In this document: positions 13,101-26,789 of the stretch, in pieces
Numbering within the stretch: position 1 is the stretch's first letter
Layout: every line of letters starts with the position of its first letter
Source: Octopus sinensis
Lineage: Eukaryota
NCBI RefSeq assembly: GCF_006345805.1
Contig: NC_043004.1
Location: 89,280,001 to 89,344,000, forward strand
Direction: 5' to 3'
DNA: 64,000 nt
Made by a program: the position numbers and the translations under genes
Notes under the pieces: model-generated
Database searches by the model: none
What the model was told of the DNA's origin: nothing
The model's input: the letters and a program-made list of their open reading frames with translations, nothing else

Positions 13101-13580
13101 CTTAAACTTCCCCATCTAAAATGCATCTCTGAATATTTTCAACATCAAAAATTTGCAATATTTTGAAAGTTAGAGCAAATCAAGTTGGGGCACAAGTCTG
13201 TAGATATGTCTTTTGCATACCTACACAAGTGTGCCCCATCCATGACTTTTTTTTCTTTTCTCATGATTTTCATAGAAATTTGGGGTGAGGTGTTAATGAA
13301 ATTTTCTAAAAAATACTTATCGGGTAGAGATTGTGATTACATATATCTTAAACTTCCCCATCTAAAATGCATCTCTAAAATTTTTCAGCAAAAAAATCCA
13401 ATTTTCAGAAAGTTAGAGCAAATCAAGTTGGGGCACAATTCTGTAGATATGTCTTTCGTATACCTACACAAGTGTGCCCCATCCATGACTTTTTGTTTAT
13501 TTATGACTTCCATAGAAATTTGGAGGGAACTGTTAATGAAATTTTCTACAACTACTTATCGGGTGGAGATCGTGATTATA
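13101..13580. repeat. Tandem duplication of about 246 bp
   Basis: cttaaacttccccatctaaaatgcatctc at 13101 and 13347 with colinear downstream sequence. Confidence 0.8.
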
Positions 13581-14501
13581 TTGGAACTTGTGAAAATTTT
13601 CGGAACTGGATAAGAGGAGTTTCAGATAATTCACAAGAGCCTCGTAATTTTCTGAAAAATTAGACGTATTTGCAGAAAATTTCAATTTAAAATATTCATA
13701 TTTCAGGAAAGTTATGAAGCCACAAAGTCGGTGTGGCACACTTGTGTAGTTATGCCCACACATCTGTGGTTATGCCGAGGAAAAGAAGAAATAGAAAGAA
13801 ATACCGTTTTGCTTAGGACAAGGTGCTGAGAAGGGAAAGCATAAGCGTTTGTTTCCTTCTACTTTTCTTCAATTAAAAATAGTCTTTTCTACATTTCAAT
13901 CAAATGAAATTATCATTTTACAGATATTTCTTTCAAAATTCTTATTTTGTTTTTCAAATAATCACCTGTATAGGTAAATCGTAGTTTGTGGGATCATGGA
14001 TGAGCAGCTTAATAAATTTAATTAATTTTCGTGTCGTATGATGGGCAGGAGAGGGTGAAGAAATTTGAAAAACATGGATTTTTTTAAACATTTTTCTTCA
14101 AAAAATGTGAATTACAAGTGTTTCAAAATGTATAGTATTATAGAATAAAAAAAAGTACCGCAAAAAAATTTCACTTTAATTGTGACAGCTGTTCCGAAGG
14201 AACAATAAAGTGATGGGGGGGGGACAGAAAATATGTATTTTTAGCAAATTTTTTCTTTAAAAAATGTGAATTACAAGTATTTCAGAACATTTGATAACAT
14301 AGAATGACAGAAAATACTGAAATCAAAAACTTTGAAAAATCATTTTAATTCTGATAGCTATTCCCAAATGTATTGAGGAGTGGGGGAGACGTTTGAGAAA
14401 CATGGATTTTTGAGAATTTTTCTTATGAAAATACCTTGTGGCCATAAACTGAGGGGTCACTCGTAAACAGAGCTGGATAACAAAACCGTTCCCTCTTTAG
14501 T

Positions 14502-14650
14502 GTCCACCCATAATTATGACCCTAGTATCGATCTATAGCATTTCAATCTGTTTTAGGGTTGGGGTTAGGGTTAGGGTTAGGGTTAGGGGTGGGGGAAGGG
14601 TATATTTTTTCTTCAGAAATGTAAATAAACCCAATCTGTTTCTTAAACGA
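14502..14650 (+). repeat. Second copy of the TTAGGG-containing internal module of the 22808 MITE
   Basis: cacccataattatgaccctagtatcgatcta...(TTAGGG)n...tttcttaaacga matches 22860-23020. Confidence 0.75.
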
Positions 14651-16247
14651 ATATATAAAATGGGAATTACAAGCGTTTCAGAATGAGTAGTTTTATAAAA
14701 TAATAATAATAATAATAATAATAATGATAATAAATGCACTGATGCAGTGGCTCTCATGGCTTCTGATCTTAACTGATTGGAAGTGTTATCATGTACATTG
14801 TTTTGTGTTGGTATAAAAGATGGCCTACAGCAAATATTCTGCTCAATACCACAGATTTGCTTGTCAGTTGTTTGACCTTAACCAGTTGACCATGTCCCTT
14901 AGTGGCAGACGATATGTGCATCTCTGATCACGAGCAGAAGTAGTGGGGGAGCATCATAACCATGTGTTGAGAGGGATTCTTTGGGGTTTGAATAATTCAC
15001 TTTTGGAAACATGGGTGGTTCGTTCAACATCCTTAAACAATCCTTTTTCAGGGACCTTTTGAGTGGAATGGGTTACTCAACCTCAAGAAAATTCTAACTG
15101 AGCCCTACCTGCAAGGTCATGTGCTATTTATCTTGATATGAGATCACCATGTCGCGCACATATGTTTGTGATGCATGTGCCTAGTGTACCCTTATCAGAC
15201 GGGTAGTATGGTGGGTATTTGAACTCAGAACGTAGCGGCAGACGAAAAACTGCTAAGCATTTCGCCCGGCATGCTAACGTTTCCGCCAACTCGCCGCCTT
15301 TAAAATAATAATAATTCATTTTAACTGTGACAGCTATTCCGAAGGGACTATAACGGGGCGGAGTGAGGCACTCTCAGAAAATGTGAATTAAAATTGCTTT
15401 AGAATGTGTGAAAGGATCCTGTGTGGTATTATAAAATGACAAAAAATACCGCAAAATAAAATAAAATTCATTTTAATTGTAAAGGCTATTCCAACGGTAT
15501 GATGAAAGAATAGGGGTGGGTGAAAGGGTGGAAACGTAGATTTAAAAAAAAAAAAGACTTTGTTTCATTTTTAAAAATGTGAATCACACTTATTTCAGAA
15601 TGTATAGTAACATAAATTGACGGAAAATTCTCAAAGGAAAAGAACTCCAAAAAGTGGGAGACATCGTCAATATCGGAGGAAAGTGCGATCATTGTCGCTA
15701 ACTGGTCTAAGAGTAGACAACTCTTGCAGCGAAGATGCGAATATCTAATCATGTTGTAATAACGTTGCGTGTGTGTGTGCACGCGCCTGTGTGTGTGTGC
15801 ACGCGCCTGTGTGTGTGTGCACGCACCTATGTGTGTGCACGCGCCTGTGTGCGTGTATCTGTCTATATGTGCGTGTGTGTATCTGAATCTCTGTCTGTGT
15901 ATGTGTGTGTCTGAATCTGTCTGTGTGTGTGTGTGAATGTGCATGTGTGTGTTTGCCTCTTTGATTTGTGTACGTGTGAATGGGCTTCGCTGTATCGGAA
16001 GCAAAATTGGTCTAAGGGAGACAATTATGGGATTGGTTTCGAAATGTGATAGGACACGCACGCGCACATATGCACACGAGCACACGCACACATATAGTTT
16101 TTGCATTTGGCTTAAGGTAATTGATATGAACTCGCTCTCTGTCCCTTTTTTTTTCTTCTCAATCCTTTCTATCGGAGAGCGTATTAAAACATCAAAGACT
16201 TTTCCACTCTTCCCGTGTGATAATAATAATAATAATAATAATAATAA

Positions 16248-17042
16248 AGATCAAAGCCTATTAACCCGGAACTACCAGGCCAAATGTGATAAAAAATGGA
16301 GCAGACCCAAAATGACGATTCTGCAACGACATGATTGAAACAGTGGACCATCTAATCTCTGGATGTAAAGTCTTAGCACCAGTGGAGTATAAATTAAGAC
16401 ATGACAGAGTTGGCCAATATCTCCACTGGCTAATAAGTCGGCATTACAATATCAAAACTGCCGACAAGTGGTATAATCACCACCCTGAGGCTGTAACTGA
16501 AGGAGGAAATGTAACCATTCTGTGGGACTTTCCAGTACATACAGACCGAACCATCAAGGCCAATAAACCAGATATTGTTGTGAAAGACCAAAACAATAAA
16601 GTTTGCTTATTGATCGACATGAGCATCCCCTGTGATCATGATATCTCAGCGAAAGAGTTTGACAAGCTCAGAAAATATAAAGACCTACTCATTGAAATTG
16701 AGAAAATGTGGCAACTCAAGGCGGTTACAATACCAGTGATCGTAGGAGCACTAGGAATGATCAAGAAGGGAACCGAAAATTATATGAGAATGATCCCTGG
16801 CTTACCATCCCTGCAAGAAGTGCAAAAGATTGTCTTAACTGGTACATCACACGTATTGAGAAGAGCATTGTCGATGTGAGAACTGTTGCTGCTCATGTAT
16901 TTTAATTTAACTTAAAAAAAAAAATTAAAAAATAAAAAAATGAACGAACTATTGAGTTTGGTGTAATGGCCTACCAATGTATACTATGAGTTTCTTTGCC
17001 CTAGGAGTCGGGCAAATTTGAAAGAAGAAAAAAAAAAAAAAA
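16248..17042 (+). mobile_element. 5'-truncated R4/Dong-clade non-LTR retrotransposon (CCHC knuckle remnant and restriction-like endonuclease)
   Basis: ORF 16331-16879 with ETVDHLISGC, YKLRHDRV, WDFPVHTD..KPDIV..LIDMS..K..KY..L, IPVIVGALG. Poly(A) tail. (TAA)n tracts on both sides. Confidence 0.9.
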
Positions 17043-17059
17043 TAATAATAATAATAATA

Positions 17060-17300
17060 ATGAACTTATTGTATACAGTGCTCAGGTGCACCACAACTTG
17101 TCAAAAGTGCATATAAAGCATATGCAGTAATGTAAAAATGTCTGGAAAGCAAACAGTGTATGAGTCAGATACATGCTTGTGTGTGTATGGAGCGGGGGAA
17201 ATCATGTGTAGTGTTGGCGAATCTCAGGAAGCATGGAAGTTTTGAAGGATGCTGTGCTCCGACAACTAACAACTGATGCTGGCAGTTTGTTCCATGCTTC
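17060..17300 (-). mobile_element. CR1-like LINE 3' end
   Basis: AWNKLPASVVSCRSTASFKTSM. Near-identical to the reverse complement of 49600-49835. Confidence 0.7.
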
Positions 17301-17855
17301 TGCTTGTTGTTCCCTCACTTGTCTTCGTCTTTTGTTTTCTATAAAGTTGAACTGTACACACACACAGACACACACACACAGACACACACACACATACACA
17401 CATACACGCACATATATATCAAGCACATGCCGTCAGTAATTACTCTGGGTAGGCAGTTGGTGACGTTTTTGTAGTAAAACACACAAAAATAAGCGAAACA
17501 CAGGCGCATGACTGAGTTGTAGGCAGATTTACTTCTGCCTTTATAGCACATAAAGAAAACGTTGTTGTAGGAATGTACGCAGCAAGTGTACTACAGCAGT
17601 ACTATGCATAGCTTTAATACTGCAAATTATGCCTACCTAATATACAAAAACATAAAATATTTTGTATTTTATGCATAGTAGTCAGAGTAACCTTCATAAT
17701 TTTATTGAATTAGGTGCATATTTTGCCATAAAAGGAAAATGTTGCTATCAATCTATTTTATTCAGGGTAGGCACTGCCTACCTTGCCTACCCAGACGGCA
17801 CATCTCTGATATATATGTGTGTCTGTGTGTATACCTGTAAATATAATATGAGACA

Positions 17856-18069
17856 ATTATTCGGTAGCCATGATGAAACTCCGAGTTTCGGATGTCAGGG
17901 CAGAAACCCAATCCGCCATCTCTTCAGTTATCGAGCCATCAAAAAAATGCTATGAAAATTACCCCTTTTTCATAGCATTTTTTCGATGGCCTGATAACTG
18001 AAGAGAGGGCGGCATGGGTTCCCGCCCCGACATCTGAAACTCAAAGTTTTATCATGGCTACCAAATAAT
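17856..18069. mobile_element. Fold-back element with about 100-bp arms, each arm carrying an outward-facing HHR motif
   Basis: Arms 17856-17958 and 17967-18069. + arm reads UGAUAA-CUGAAGA...GAAACUCAAAGUU/UUAUCA. - arm reads GAUAA-CUGAAGA-GAUG...CAUCC-GAAACUCGGAGUU. Confidence 0.72.
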
Positions 18070-18253
18070 ATTCAGGTTTAATAATAATTTATTGGTGTCG
18101 AAGGTTGTTGGCCTTTCCCATATCAATTCCCATAAACTGAAAAACAGATTTTTTAGCTTACAGTTAGAAACATGAGTTGCTATGAATGTGGATAAAAATA
18201 TATACATGCACGAAATGCATGCATTTATTTTAGCATTTTTTTTTTAGTTTCAG

Positions 18254-18300
18254 AGGAATCTGTTATGGATGATGAAGAACTTTTGTACAGAGTTTATGAG
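18254..18300 (+). CDS. SLC4A11: SLC4A11-like transporter, first detected coding exon (possible start ATG at 18265)
   Basis: Polypyrimidine tract and tttcAG acceptor at 18252-53, GTAAGT donor at 18301. Reads [15 protein letters not shown] and joins in phase 0 to RLPLKDF of the next exon. ATG context gttATGG. Confidence 0.7.
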
Positions 18301-20110
18301 GTAAGTCACAGAACTTGTCCGAAATTCTTTCTCCTCAGCATGCATGCATGCACACGCACACACACACACACACACACATGCATGCACAAAACACACAAAC
18401 ACACAAAAACACACCCACAGTCTCACACATGCACAACCACACACACACAAAAACACACATACACACACATACATGCACACACACACCCACAGTCTCACAC
18501 ATGCACAACCACACACACACAAAAACACACATACACACACATACATGCACACACACACACACATGCACAAAAACGCACAAACACACATGCACACACACAC
18601 ACACACAAACACACACACATGTGCGCACGTGTGCACACACACATGCGACCCTTGATCCCCCACCAAAAAACAATGCTTGTGACACTACACATTGTATGTC
18701 AGTCCTTAATAGACAACACATAGTCAGCACAAATACATGCTAAATAGATGTTAGGCAACCACTACAAGGTCTGGTCCTTGCTGCAATATGGCAGCTTGTG
18801 TACCTCAATGACTCTGAGAGCTATTCCAGTTGAGTGTAAGCTTCTGGTAATGCTTCCCATACTGGACAGGTCTATGTAGGGCCAACATCTCTACCTTGAA
18901 TATGGCAGTTACAAAAGCATTGCTGCCAAACTATAATCAGCAAAACCTGGGAAAAGAAAAGGCAGCCCAGGGTCAAGAATGGAAGAGATACATCATCGGT
19001 GGCCTATGCTCCATAAAAAGTGAAGGGCTCTTAATTAAGTAATTATGTTTCATTAACCACACAGGGCTGAATACAGAGGGGATAAATTACAAAGTAGAGC
19101 TTTTCTTTTTGGGGAGATAAAAACAAGTGGGGCAGGTTTTCGATCAAAAGGGATCTTAAAAAGGAAAGAAAAAAAAAGAAAAATACAATCAATAGGAATC
19201 GTGTATCACAAATGTCATGATGTAAAGTGTAAAGGGGGAAGCAGATAAGGTTAATCCGTGGAAAGAAAAGCCTACGGAAAAGACCACGGTAACCTCGGTC
19301 AATAATGTCACATGTTAACACATTTATTTGCAAGTAAGTAACTCTGTTTTAAATTTTTCCAGGTTCATAGGATTATGCTCAAGGTGGCTTCGTTGTTCAC
19401 ACGTGCCATCCTTGCTACATACACCCATCTTTTTTTGAAACATTCGCTAGACAAAACTTGCCTCTCTACTCTCAATTAAGTAATTAAAAAGCTAGGTAGA
19501 ACTCTTTTGCCATCAGCAGAAACAGGGATGATGATCCCATGTACTCTTTTTTCCCTTCTTCTTTCTTTGGGCCAGGTGACAAACAGCATGTCTTCAGTAC
19601 TTTAACCCTAACAAATCATATCCCCATCCAAGTGGTATAGCAAGACTGTGTATCACTCAGCCCTTGAATTTGCTCCACTTTTTCCATAGGGATTCTGAGA
19701 AGCTCTACTTTGTAATTAATACCAGTTCAAGACTGCTACTTTAGCGACCTCAAAAGGCTAAATACCAAAGTTAACCTTGATGGAATTTGAACTCAGAGCT
19801 TAAGAGAGCAAGAATGATTACAACATAGAAATCCATCCAGCATCTTAGCAACGCTGACACACCTATTTAGATAATCATAAATATATGAAGTTTATCATTT
19901 TTGTGGATAATTATAGGATTTATGCTGATTATGTATTTATAATTATATATTTATGTTGCATTTTTAATATTGCTTCGTATCTTAAAAAATATATCTTTCA
20001 TAATAATATTGTTATTAGGTTTCATGATGCAAACAAGAAAATAGGACACAAAACAAGAGTTCATATATATGTATATGTGTGTGTATGCGTGTGTGTATAT
20101 ATGTGTGGTA

Positions 20111-20214
<104 letters not shown>

Positions 20215-21246
20215 TGTGTGTATGTATATTATATATATATACATATTTTTTTAATAATATATCATTATTATTAATATAAGGAAATTAATATCCAAACTCA
20301 TCATAAAGATATACCCGTGTGGAAGAACTTATTTGGTCCAACCAAAGCCTTGTGAGTGGATTTGGTAGATGGAAACTGAAAGAAGCCCATCGTATATGTA
20401 TATGTGTTGTGTGTGTGTGTGTGTGTGTGTTTGTGTGTATGTGTGTGTATATATGTTTGTGTGCCTGTGTTTGTCCCCCCACCATCGCTTGACAACCAAT
20501 GCTGGTGTGTTTACATCCCTGTAACTTAGTGATTCAGCAAAAGAGACTGATAAAATAAGTACTAGGCTTACAAAGAATAAGTTCTGGGGTCGATTTGCTC
20601 GACTAAAAGTGGTGCTCCAGCATGGCCGCAGTCGAATGACTGAAACAAGTAAAAGAAAAGAAAAACAGACTGATGTGGAGATGGCAAACTTGAAATGCAT
20701 CTCCTTCTGCCTTATGAGGCAAGCCTGTGGAAAACCTCCATCTAAGAGTCAAATATTCTCAATGTCCTGTTGTGTTGGAGATGCACCCCTGTGTCCTGAT
20801 CTGCCATTATGTGTGTCCAATGTAACCTATGGATTTTATGCCAATATTGTCTAATAAGCCATCTCAGGCCCACAAAGAGTAAAGCTTCTAACCTGGTCAT
20901 CTTCAGAGAAATGAAGGACAAATGTCAGACATAGTAGAAGGCTAAAAGAAAAAACTCTTAACAGACATATCAGAATGAAATCCCCACTTATGTTTTTCAT
21001 CAAATTCTACTAAGATTCTTGCAGGTTCTGCATCAAGTCTCAACTCCAGCTCACCTGACCATGTCACTCCATTGTATCCAAATGACTCAGGACAATCACA
21101 TACAGATGATACTGCTCCAGTTCTCTCCACTTACAACTGGGTCGCAGCTTTGGGCCCAAACTGATACAAGCTTCTTGAGACCCCCAACAGATGAGAAAGG
21201 ACAACTTAACAGGGTTTGATATATCAATATCAATCTTCTATTGCAG

Positions 21247-21454
21247 AGGCTGCCCTTAAAAGACTTTTCCCAAGAGATCCGTGCACACCGTGACGTGGAT
21301 AACTATTTGTGTAACACATTGCTGTTGCTAGATATAGAGGAGAGCAATATGGAAGATATTGTCCAGTTGATGATTGATAAAGTTTTGGAAACACAAACGA
21401 AGCAAAATCTCAATATGGCTGACCTCATGAAAACCATATTTGCAATGCAAAGAG
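21247..21454 (+). CDS. SLC4A11: SLC4A11-like exon, cytoplasmic domain
   Basis: ttgcAG acceptor, GTAAGT donor at 21455. RLPLKDFSQEIRAHRDVDNYL...KTIFAMQR resembles SLC4A11 [20 protein letters not shown]. Ends in phase 1. Confidence 0.93.
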
Positions 21455-21690
21455 GTAAGTTATTTTAAAAGCTATAATATTAGTTTGTTCATTTTATTAA
21501 TTTTATGTGTGTTTTTTCCCTGTTAGCACAGGTTGAATGGCCACCATATGATTCAGTCCTTGTTGCAGTTGGTGGCTTGTGTGCCTCTATGACCCTGAGA
21601 GCTATGCCTGCTGGTAGGCCCTTCCATGCAGGACAGATCAAAGGATAGAGGTCGGACTAATACCTACAACCTCTTCATCACCATCACCAT

Positions 21691-21734
<44 letters not shown>

Positions 21735-22807
21735 ATCATCGCCGTCAATCATCAATCATCTTCATTGATCATCAATCATCATCAATCATCATCATCGTCA
21801 TCGTTGTCATCATTCAGCATCTGCTTTCCATGCTGGTGGAGCTAAACAACAGCAACATTCATTCCATCCATGACTGCCACATTATGTTGGCAAATAGTCT
21901 TTACTTTAAAGCACTGTTACTGAATACCTCTCTTTGAGAGATTTAAAAATAATGTTTCTATTTATGGGTTAGATCGCTTGATTTGACTGAAACTGATAAG
22001 CCAGAGAACTGCATCAGGTTCCAATCTGATTTGGCATGGTTTCCACAGCCGGATGCCCTTCCTAATGCCAACCACTCCAAGAATGTAATGGGTGCTTTTT
22101 ATGTGCCACTGGTATGGTGCCAGTTACGTGACATTGGCAATGACCACAACTATGATTTCACTTGGCTTGAAGGGTCTTCTCAAGCACAGCATATCGCCAA
22201 AGGTCTCAGTCACTTATCATTGTCTCCGTGAGACCTTCCAAAGTATCAAAAACAGATTTTTGTAGTACCAAGAACATATTAAAGAAGAACACTCATAAAA
22301 ATGCTCATTTTTAAAAAACCAAAACATGTGTGACAGCCAAAGTTATCATATATACAAACATATTATCAAGAACATATTAAAGAAGAACACTCATAAAGAT
22401 TTTTGCAGTGCCAACACCCCTACCTAGAAAAAGTAAGCAAAGTTACAGTAGCACCAATGATAATTGAAAGTCAACAAGACCTGAGAGAGGAAGACCTTTT
22501 CTTAGGGAAACATGAAGCATTAGAGAAAAATCTGAAAGGCAGAAAAACAGATCCTAATGTGCAAGTGGGGATGGATAGGCAACACCTTAAATAAAACAAC
22601 ATCCTCCGTTATATGCTGGGCCCAGACTTGGAACATACAAGGGAGGCAAAAGAGAGAACTCCCTAAAAGGAGCTGGGGGTAGATTAATGATGCAAAGCTG
22701 AAAAATCATGGATACAACAGGAAAAAATCAGAAAGGATGTCCTAAACTCAAGATCAATGGAGAAAATGAGACATAGGCCCATGTTCCATAGGGAACAAAG
22801 GCTTTAG

Positions 22808-23255
22808 GGATCTTTTCGGTTTGAATGGCAGTTTTTTCTATCGGTGTCATATGAAATTGTCACCCATAATTATGACCCTAGTATCGATCTATTGCATTTC
22901 AATCTATTTTAGGGTTAGGGTTAGAGTTAGGGTTAGTTAAGGTTAGTTAGGGTTAGGGGTGGGGAGAAGGGTATCTTTTTTCTTCACAAATGTAAATAAA
23001 CCCAATCTGTTTCTTAAACGAGGGACATATTCATATGGCACAGAATGTTTTCACCTCAATAGACGGTCATTGATTGGTTGAAATTGCAGAAATTGAAAAA
23101 AAAAAACAACAAATATCTTATAAACTATAGAATTTTCTTAATAAAGCCAAGAGAAAAAGATATTTTATAAACACATTCTACCAGTATACGAAGTTTAAAA
23201 TTTTTTAGTTACCTAGAAATTATGTTAAAAACTGCCATTCAAACCGAAAAGATCC
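22808..23255. mobile_element. MITE with perfect TIRs of about 29 bp, 8-bp TSD and an internal TTAGGG-like tract
   Basis: GGATCTTTTCGGTTTGAATGGCAGTTTTT ... AAAAACTGCCATTCAAACCGAAAAGATCC. GGCTTTAG duplicated at 22800-22807 and 23256-23263. Confidence 0.88.
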
Positions 23256-23413
23256 GGCTTTAGGTATGTAAGTAATAGTATCAAGGAAAATTCTTGCTAA
23301 GAACCCACAACCCTTAAATTTCTTCTTCCTTGTTTTTTTTCCTTCTTTTCTCCCAACCTTTCTTCTGTTTTTTGTTGTTTTCTTGCTATTTTTTCTTTCT
23401 TTCTATCTTGCAG

Positions 23414-23498
23414 TGGACCTCCTCAGCAGAACCATTCAAGGAGTGAAGTTTTCTCAGCTGAACACACTTCAATATGACCATACTTGGCTCTGTATGTT
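23414..23498 (+). CDS. SLC4A11: SLC4A11-like exon
   Basis: Long pyrimidine tract and ttgcAG, GTGAGT donor at 23499. (V)DLLSRTIQGVKFSQLNTLQYDHTWLCM resembles SLC4A11 VHLLSDTIQGV...YQQSWLC. Phase 1 in, phase 2 out. Not in the ORF track. Confidence 0.92.
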
Positions 23499-24401
23499 GT
23501 GAGTAGTATTATAGTGAGGTTGTATCATTAAATATTGAATATACAGTGTACTGGATGCTTTTTTTTACCCCCATAGAACCAACACTAAATATGATGGTCT
23601 TCTAGCCTTGGAAGTCACAAAGCAATCATCACTAGTGCTGGTGCCATGAAAAAAGAAAAGGACCCAGAACACTCTGTAAACTAGTTGGTATTAGGAATGG
23701 CATCTTATTTCTTATTTTTTATTGCCCACAAGGGGTTAAACACAGAGGGGACAAACAAGGACAGACACACGGATTAAGTCGATTACATCGACCCCAGTGT
23801 GTAACTGATACTTAATTTATCGCTCCCGAAAGGATGAAAGGCAAAGTCGACCTCAGCGGAATTTGAACTCAGAACGTAGTGGCAGACAAAATACCGCTAA
23901 GCATTTTGTCCAGTGCACTAACGATTCTGCAAGCATTAGGAAGGGCATCTAGCAGTAGAAAGCATGCCAAAGCAGATACTGGAATATGATGCAAACCTCG
24001 AACTTGTCATATTTTCTCAAATCATCCAACTCATAAAAGCATAGAAAAGCAGACATAAAATAGTGGTGGTGGTGGTGGTGGCGGTGGCGGCAGCGGCAGC
24101 CATTGTGGTGGTGGTGATGGAGAACTGGTGGTGTTTCTGTTGTAGTTGGTATTGTCATAACTGTGCCATTGTCACTATTCAGGAGTTCAAATCCTCTTGT
24201 CATAATATCAAGTGGAATTCTAGCTATGACCATCCTGTCTTTCTTGAGGTTGAGTAAAATAAGTGCTAGCACACTTCAAGTGGCAAGCAAGAAATTTTTA
24301 ATTACTCAGATTCTCTCCAATGCTTAAATACTTTCAACATGAGACATCTATTGTAAAGACAGACAAGACAGGAATTTGCTGAAAGAAATGTGGTTACCAC
24401 T

Positions 24402-24802
24402 CTCTCTCTTTACTTGTTTCAGTCATTTGACTGTGGCCATGCTGGAGCACTGCCTTTAGTCGAGCAAATCGACCCCGGGACTTATTCTTTGTAAGCCTAG
24501 TACTTATTCTATTGGTCTCTTTTGCCAAACCGCTAAGTTATGGGGATGTAAACACACCAGCATTGCTTGTCAAGCAATGTTAGGGGGGAAAATACAGACA
24601 CAAACATAGACACACACATACATATATATACATATATACGACGGGCTTCTTTCAGTTTCTGTCTACCAAATCCACTCACAAGGCTGTGGTCGGTCCGAAG
24701 CTATAGTAGAAGACACTTGCCCAAGGTGCCACACAGTGGGACTGAACCCAGAACCATGTGGTTGGTAAGCAAGCTACTTACCACACAGCCACTCCTGTGC
24801 CT
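24402..24802 (-). mobile_element. SINE family A
   Basis: Reverse complement of the 29752 copy. Confidence 0.8.
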
Positions 24803-24833
24803 ATATATTATATATTATTTATTATATATATAT

Positions 24834-26091
24834 ATGAGGTGCATTCAAAATATTCAACTTTGCTTTCCTGCCAAAACTATTGCTGTGTGAGCAAAATCCT
24901 TTGGGCTGGAGGTGATGTCACCCTTCCTGCACACACATGAAAACTTTTGCACCAGTAGGCCACATCAGTTCCCAACTGATATGCCTAGAGTACAGACATG
25001 TAGTGCACACTCATCAGATTTTCGTTTTCATGCAAGATGACCAAACACATTGAGCAAAAACCATAAGTCCATGTCTCATCAGAAGTGATAATGGTCTTCA
25101 TGAAGTCTAGATCATGGTTTCAACACTCCAGTAGGTCTTGAGTGATTTCCATGTGAAGTTGCTTCTGCCGCTGTTGCTGTTGAGCGGTCCGGTCCTAGTA
25201 GTCTGAACCATGGTCCTTTGCTATTCGTAAGACCCACAGAAGAGAAAACAGGTCAACCCCTGACACCAAGAGCATCGACGGATGGATGAATGTGCATCCA
25301 GGCTCAGTGGTTGCGTAGGAAGTCGGGGACAAGAAACAGGAAGAAAGAGTGAGAGAAAGTTGGGGCAAAAGAGTACAACAGGGGTCGCCACCACCCCCTG
25401 CCGGAACCTCGTGGAGCTTTAGGTGTTTTTGCTCAATAAACACACACAACACCCGGTCTGAGAATCGAAACCGCGAGTCCACTGCCCTAACCATTGGGCC
25501 GTTGCGCCTCCACTTGCTTCTGCTGCTCCACCAGCACCTTGGAAACTAATTTCACTGACACTCTCCACATTCACAAATCCTCCATCAAAATGGAATGCAC
25601 TAATCCTCTGCTTATTCCCACTTCTTGACCAATTTCCTGGATTATTACATGATGGTCTTCCATAACTATTCACTGAACCTTCACAATCAGCTCCTCATTT
25701 CAGCTTGTGGATGGCCTACTTGAGTATGCATCACTCTCCTCTGAGGGTCATGTTTGAAGCAGATATATCACTCCTCGTTCTGAGTTTTGCCTGTGGTATC
25801 ACCACCACAAGACTGCTGAATTTGGATGGCTTGAGTTTGAGTGTCACTAATCTTTTGCATAATGTGATGCCACTGTTCAATGCATTCAGTGAAAATGAAA
25901 ATTTGACAAACGCACATTACACGTCTGCACTCTACGTGTAACAGCTTGGAACTGATGCAGCCTACAGGAGCAAAACTTTTCACACATGCACAGGAAGGGT
26001 AGGGTCACCTCTCATCTAAAGGATTTTACATATGCGGCATTAGTTTTAATGGGAAAAAATAAAGTTGGTTATTTTTTTAACACACTTTGTA
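24834..26091 (-). mobile_element. Decayed mariner-like DNA transposon interrupted by a SINE at about 25190-25515
   Basis: TA-flanked imperfect TIRs (gaggtgcattcaaaatattcaacttt / aaagttggttatttttttaacacac). Minus-strand remnants resemble a mariner HTH region (SRPSTS, EVGISRGLVHSIL). Confidence 0.6.
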
Positions 26092-26739
26092 CACAAACAC
26101 TCATGCACACAAATATATAAGTACAATTCCTACTTTCAAATCATCATTTTTAATACTACAGTCCTTGTTCAAGATGAAAAATGGGTGCCAACAATCAGCA
26201 TTTAGGGGGCAGGTTTACCATTTGCCTAATCCCCTTTTCACAACCTAATGAAGAATCAAAGCTTAGTATTCAAGTAATGACAGGTGCATCGGCTTATATC
26301 TGAATAAAACATGAGATAAGATGGAATGGGATAGTCACAAGTGGAGTGTCTTTGAACAGAGATCTCCTCAATGAGAACCAACCTGTGTACTACATAACAC
26401 CAACAATCTGTGTGTGAGTGTTTTTGCGTGCGTGTATGTGTTTGTGTGTAGTTTACATATTTGCACATACATATGTGCATATATACATATATATATATAC
26501 ACATACATGCACATACACACACACACATATATACACATACATGTATGTATACACATATATTTACAAATATATAATATATATATATATATATATAGGTACA
26601 TACATATACATGTGCATATATGTATACATATATAGATCTACACACACACACATACACACATACATAATCTTTTATATTTAATCACCAACCAAAATATAGT
26701 TGCCCTACTTTTTTTTAATAACTATGTGTCAGTGCAATA

Positions 26740-26789
<50 letters not shown>

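Noticed and set aside
13185-13613. 142-aa ORF with an internal repeat
   Set aside because: Arises from a 246-bp tandem duplication in an AT-rich repeat, with no domain similarity.
14552-14595. Telomere
   Set aside because: Only a few TTAGGG units inside an interspersed repeat module.
19125-19165. Minus-strand GAUC(CCUUUU)GAUC-GAAA as an HHR remnant
   Set aside because: The CUGANGA box and the cleavage triplet are not recognisable.
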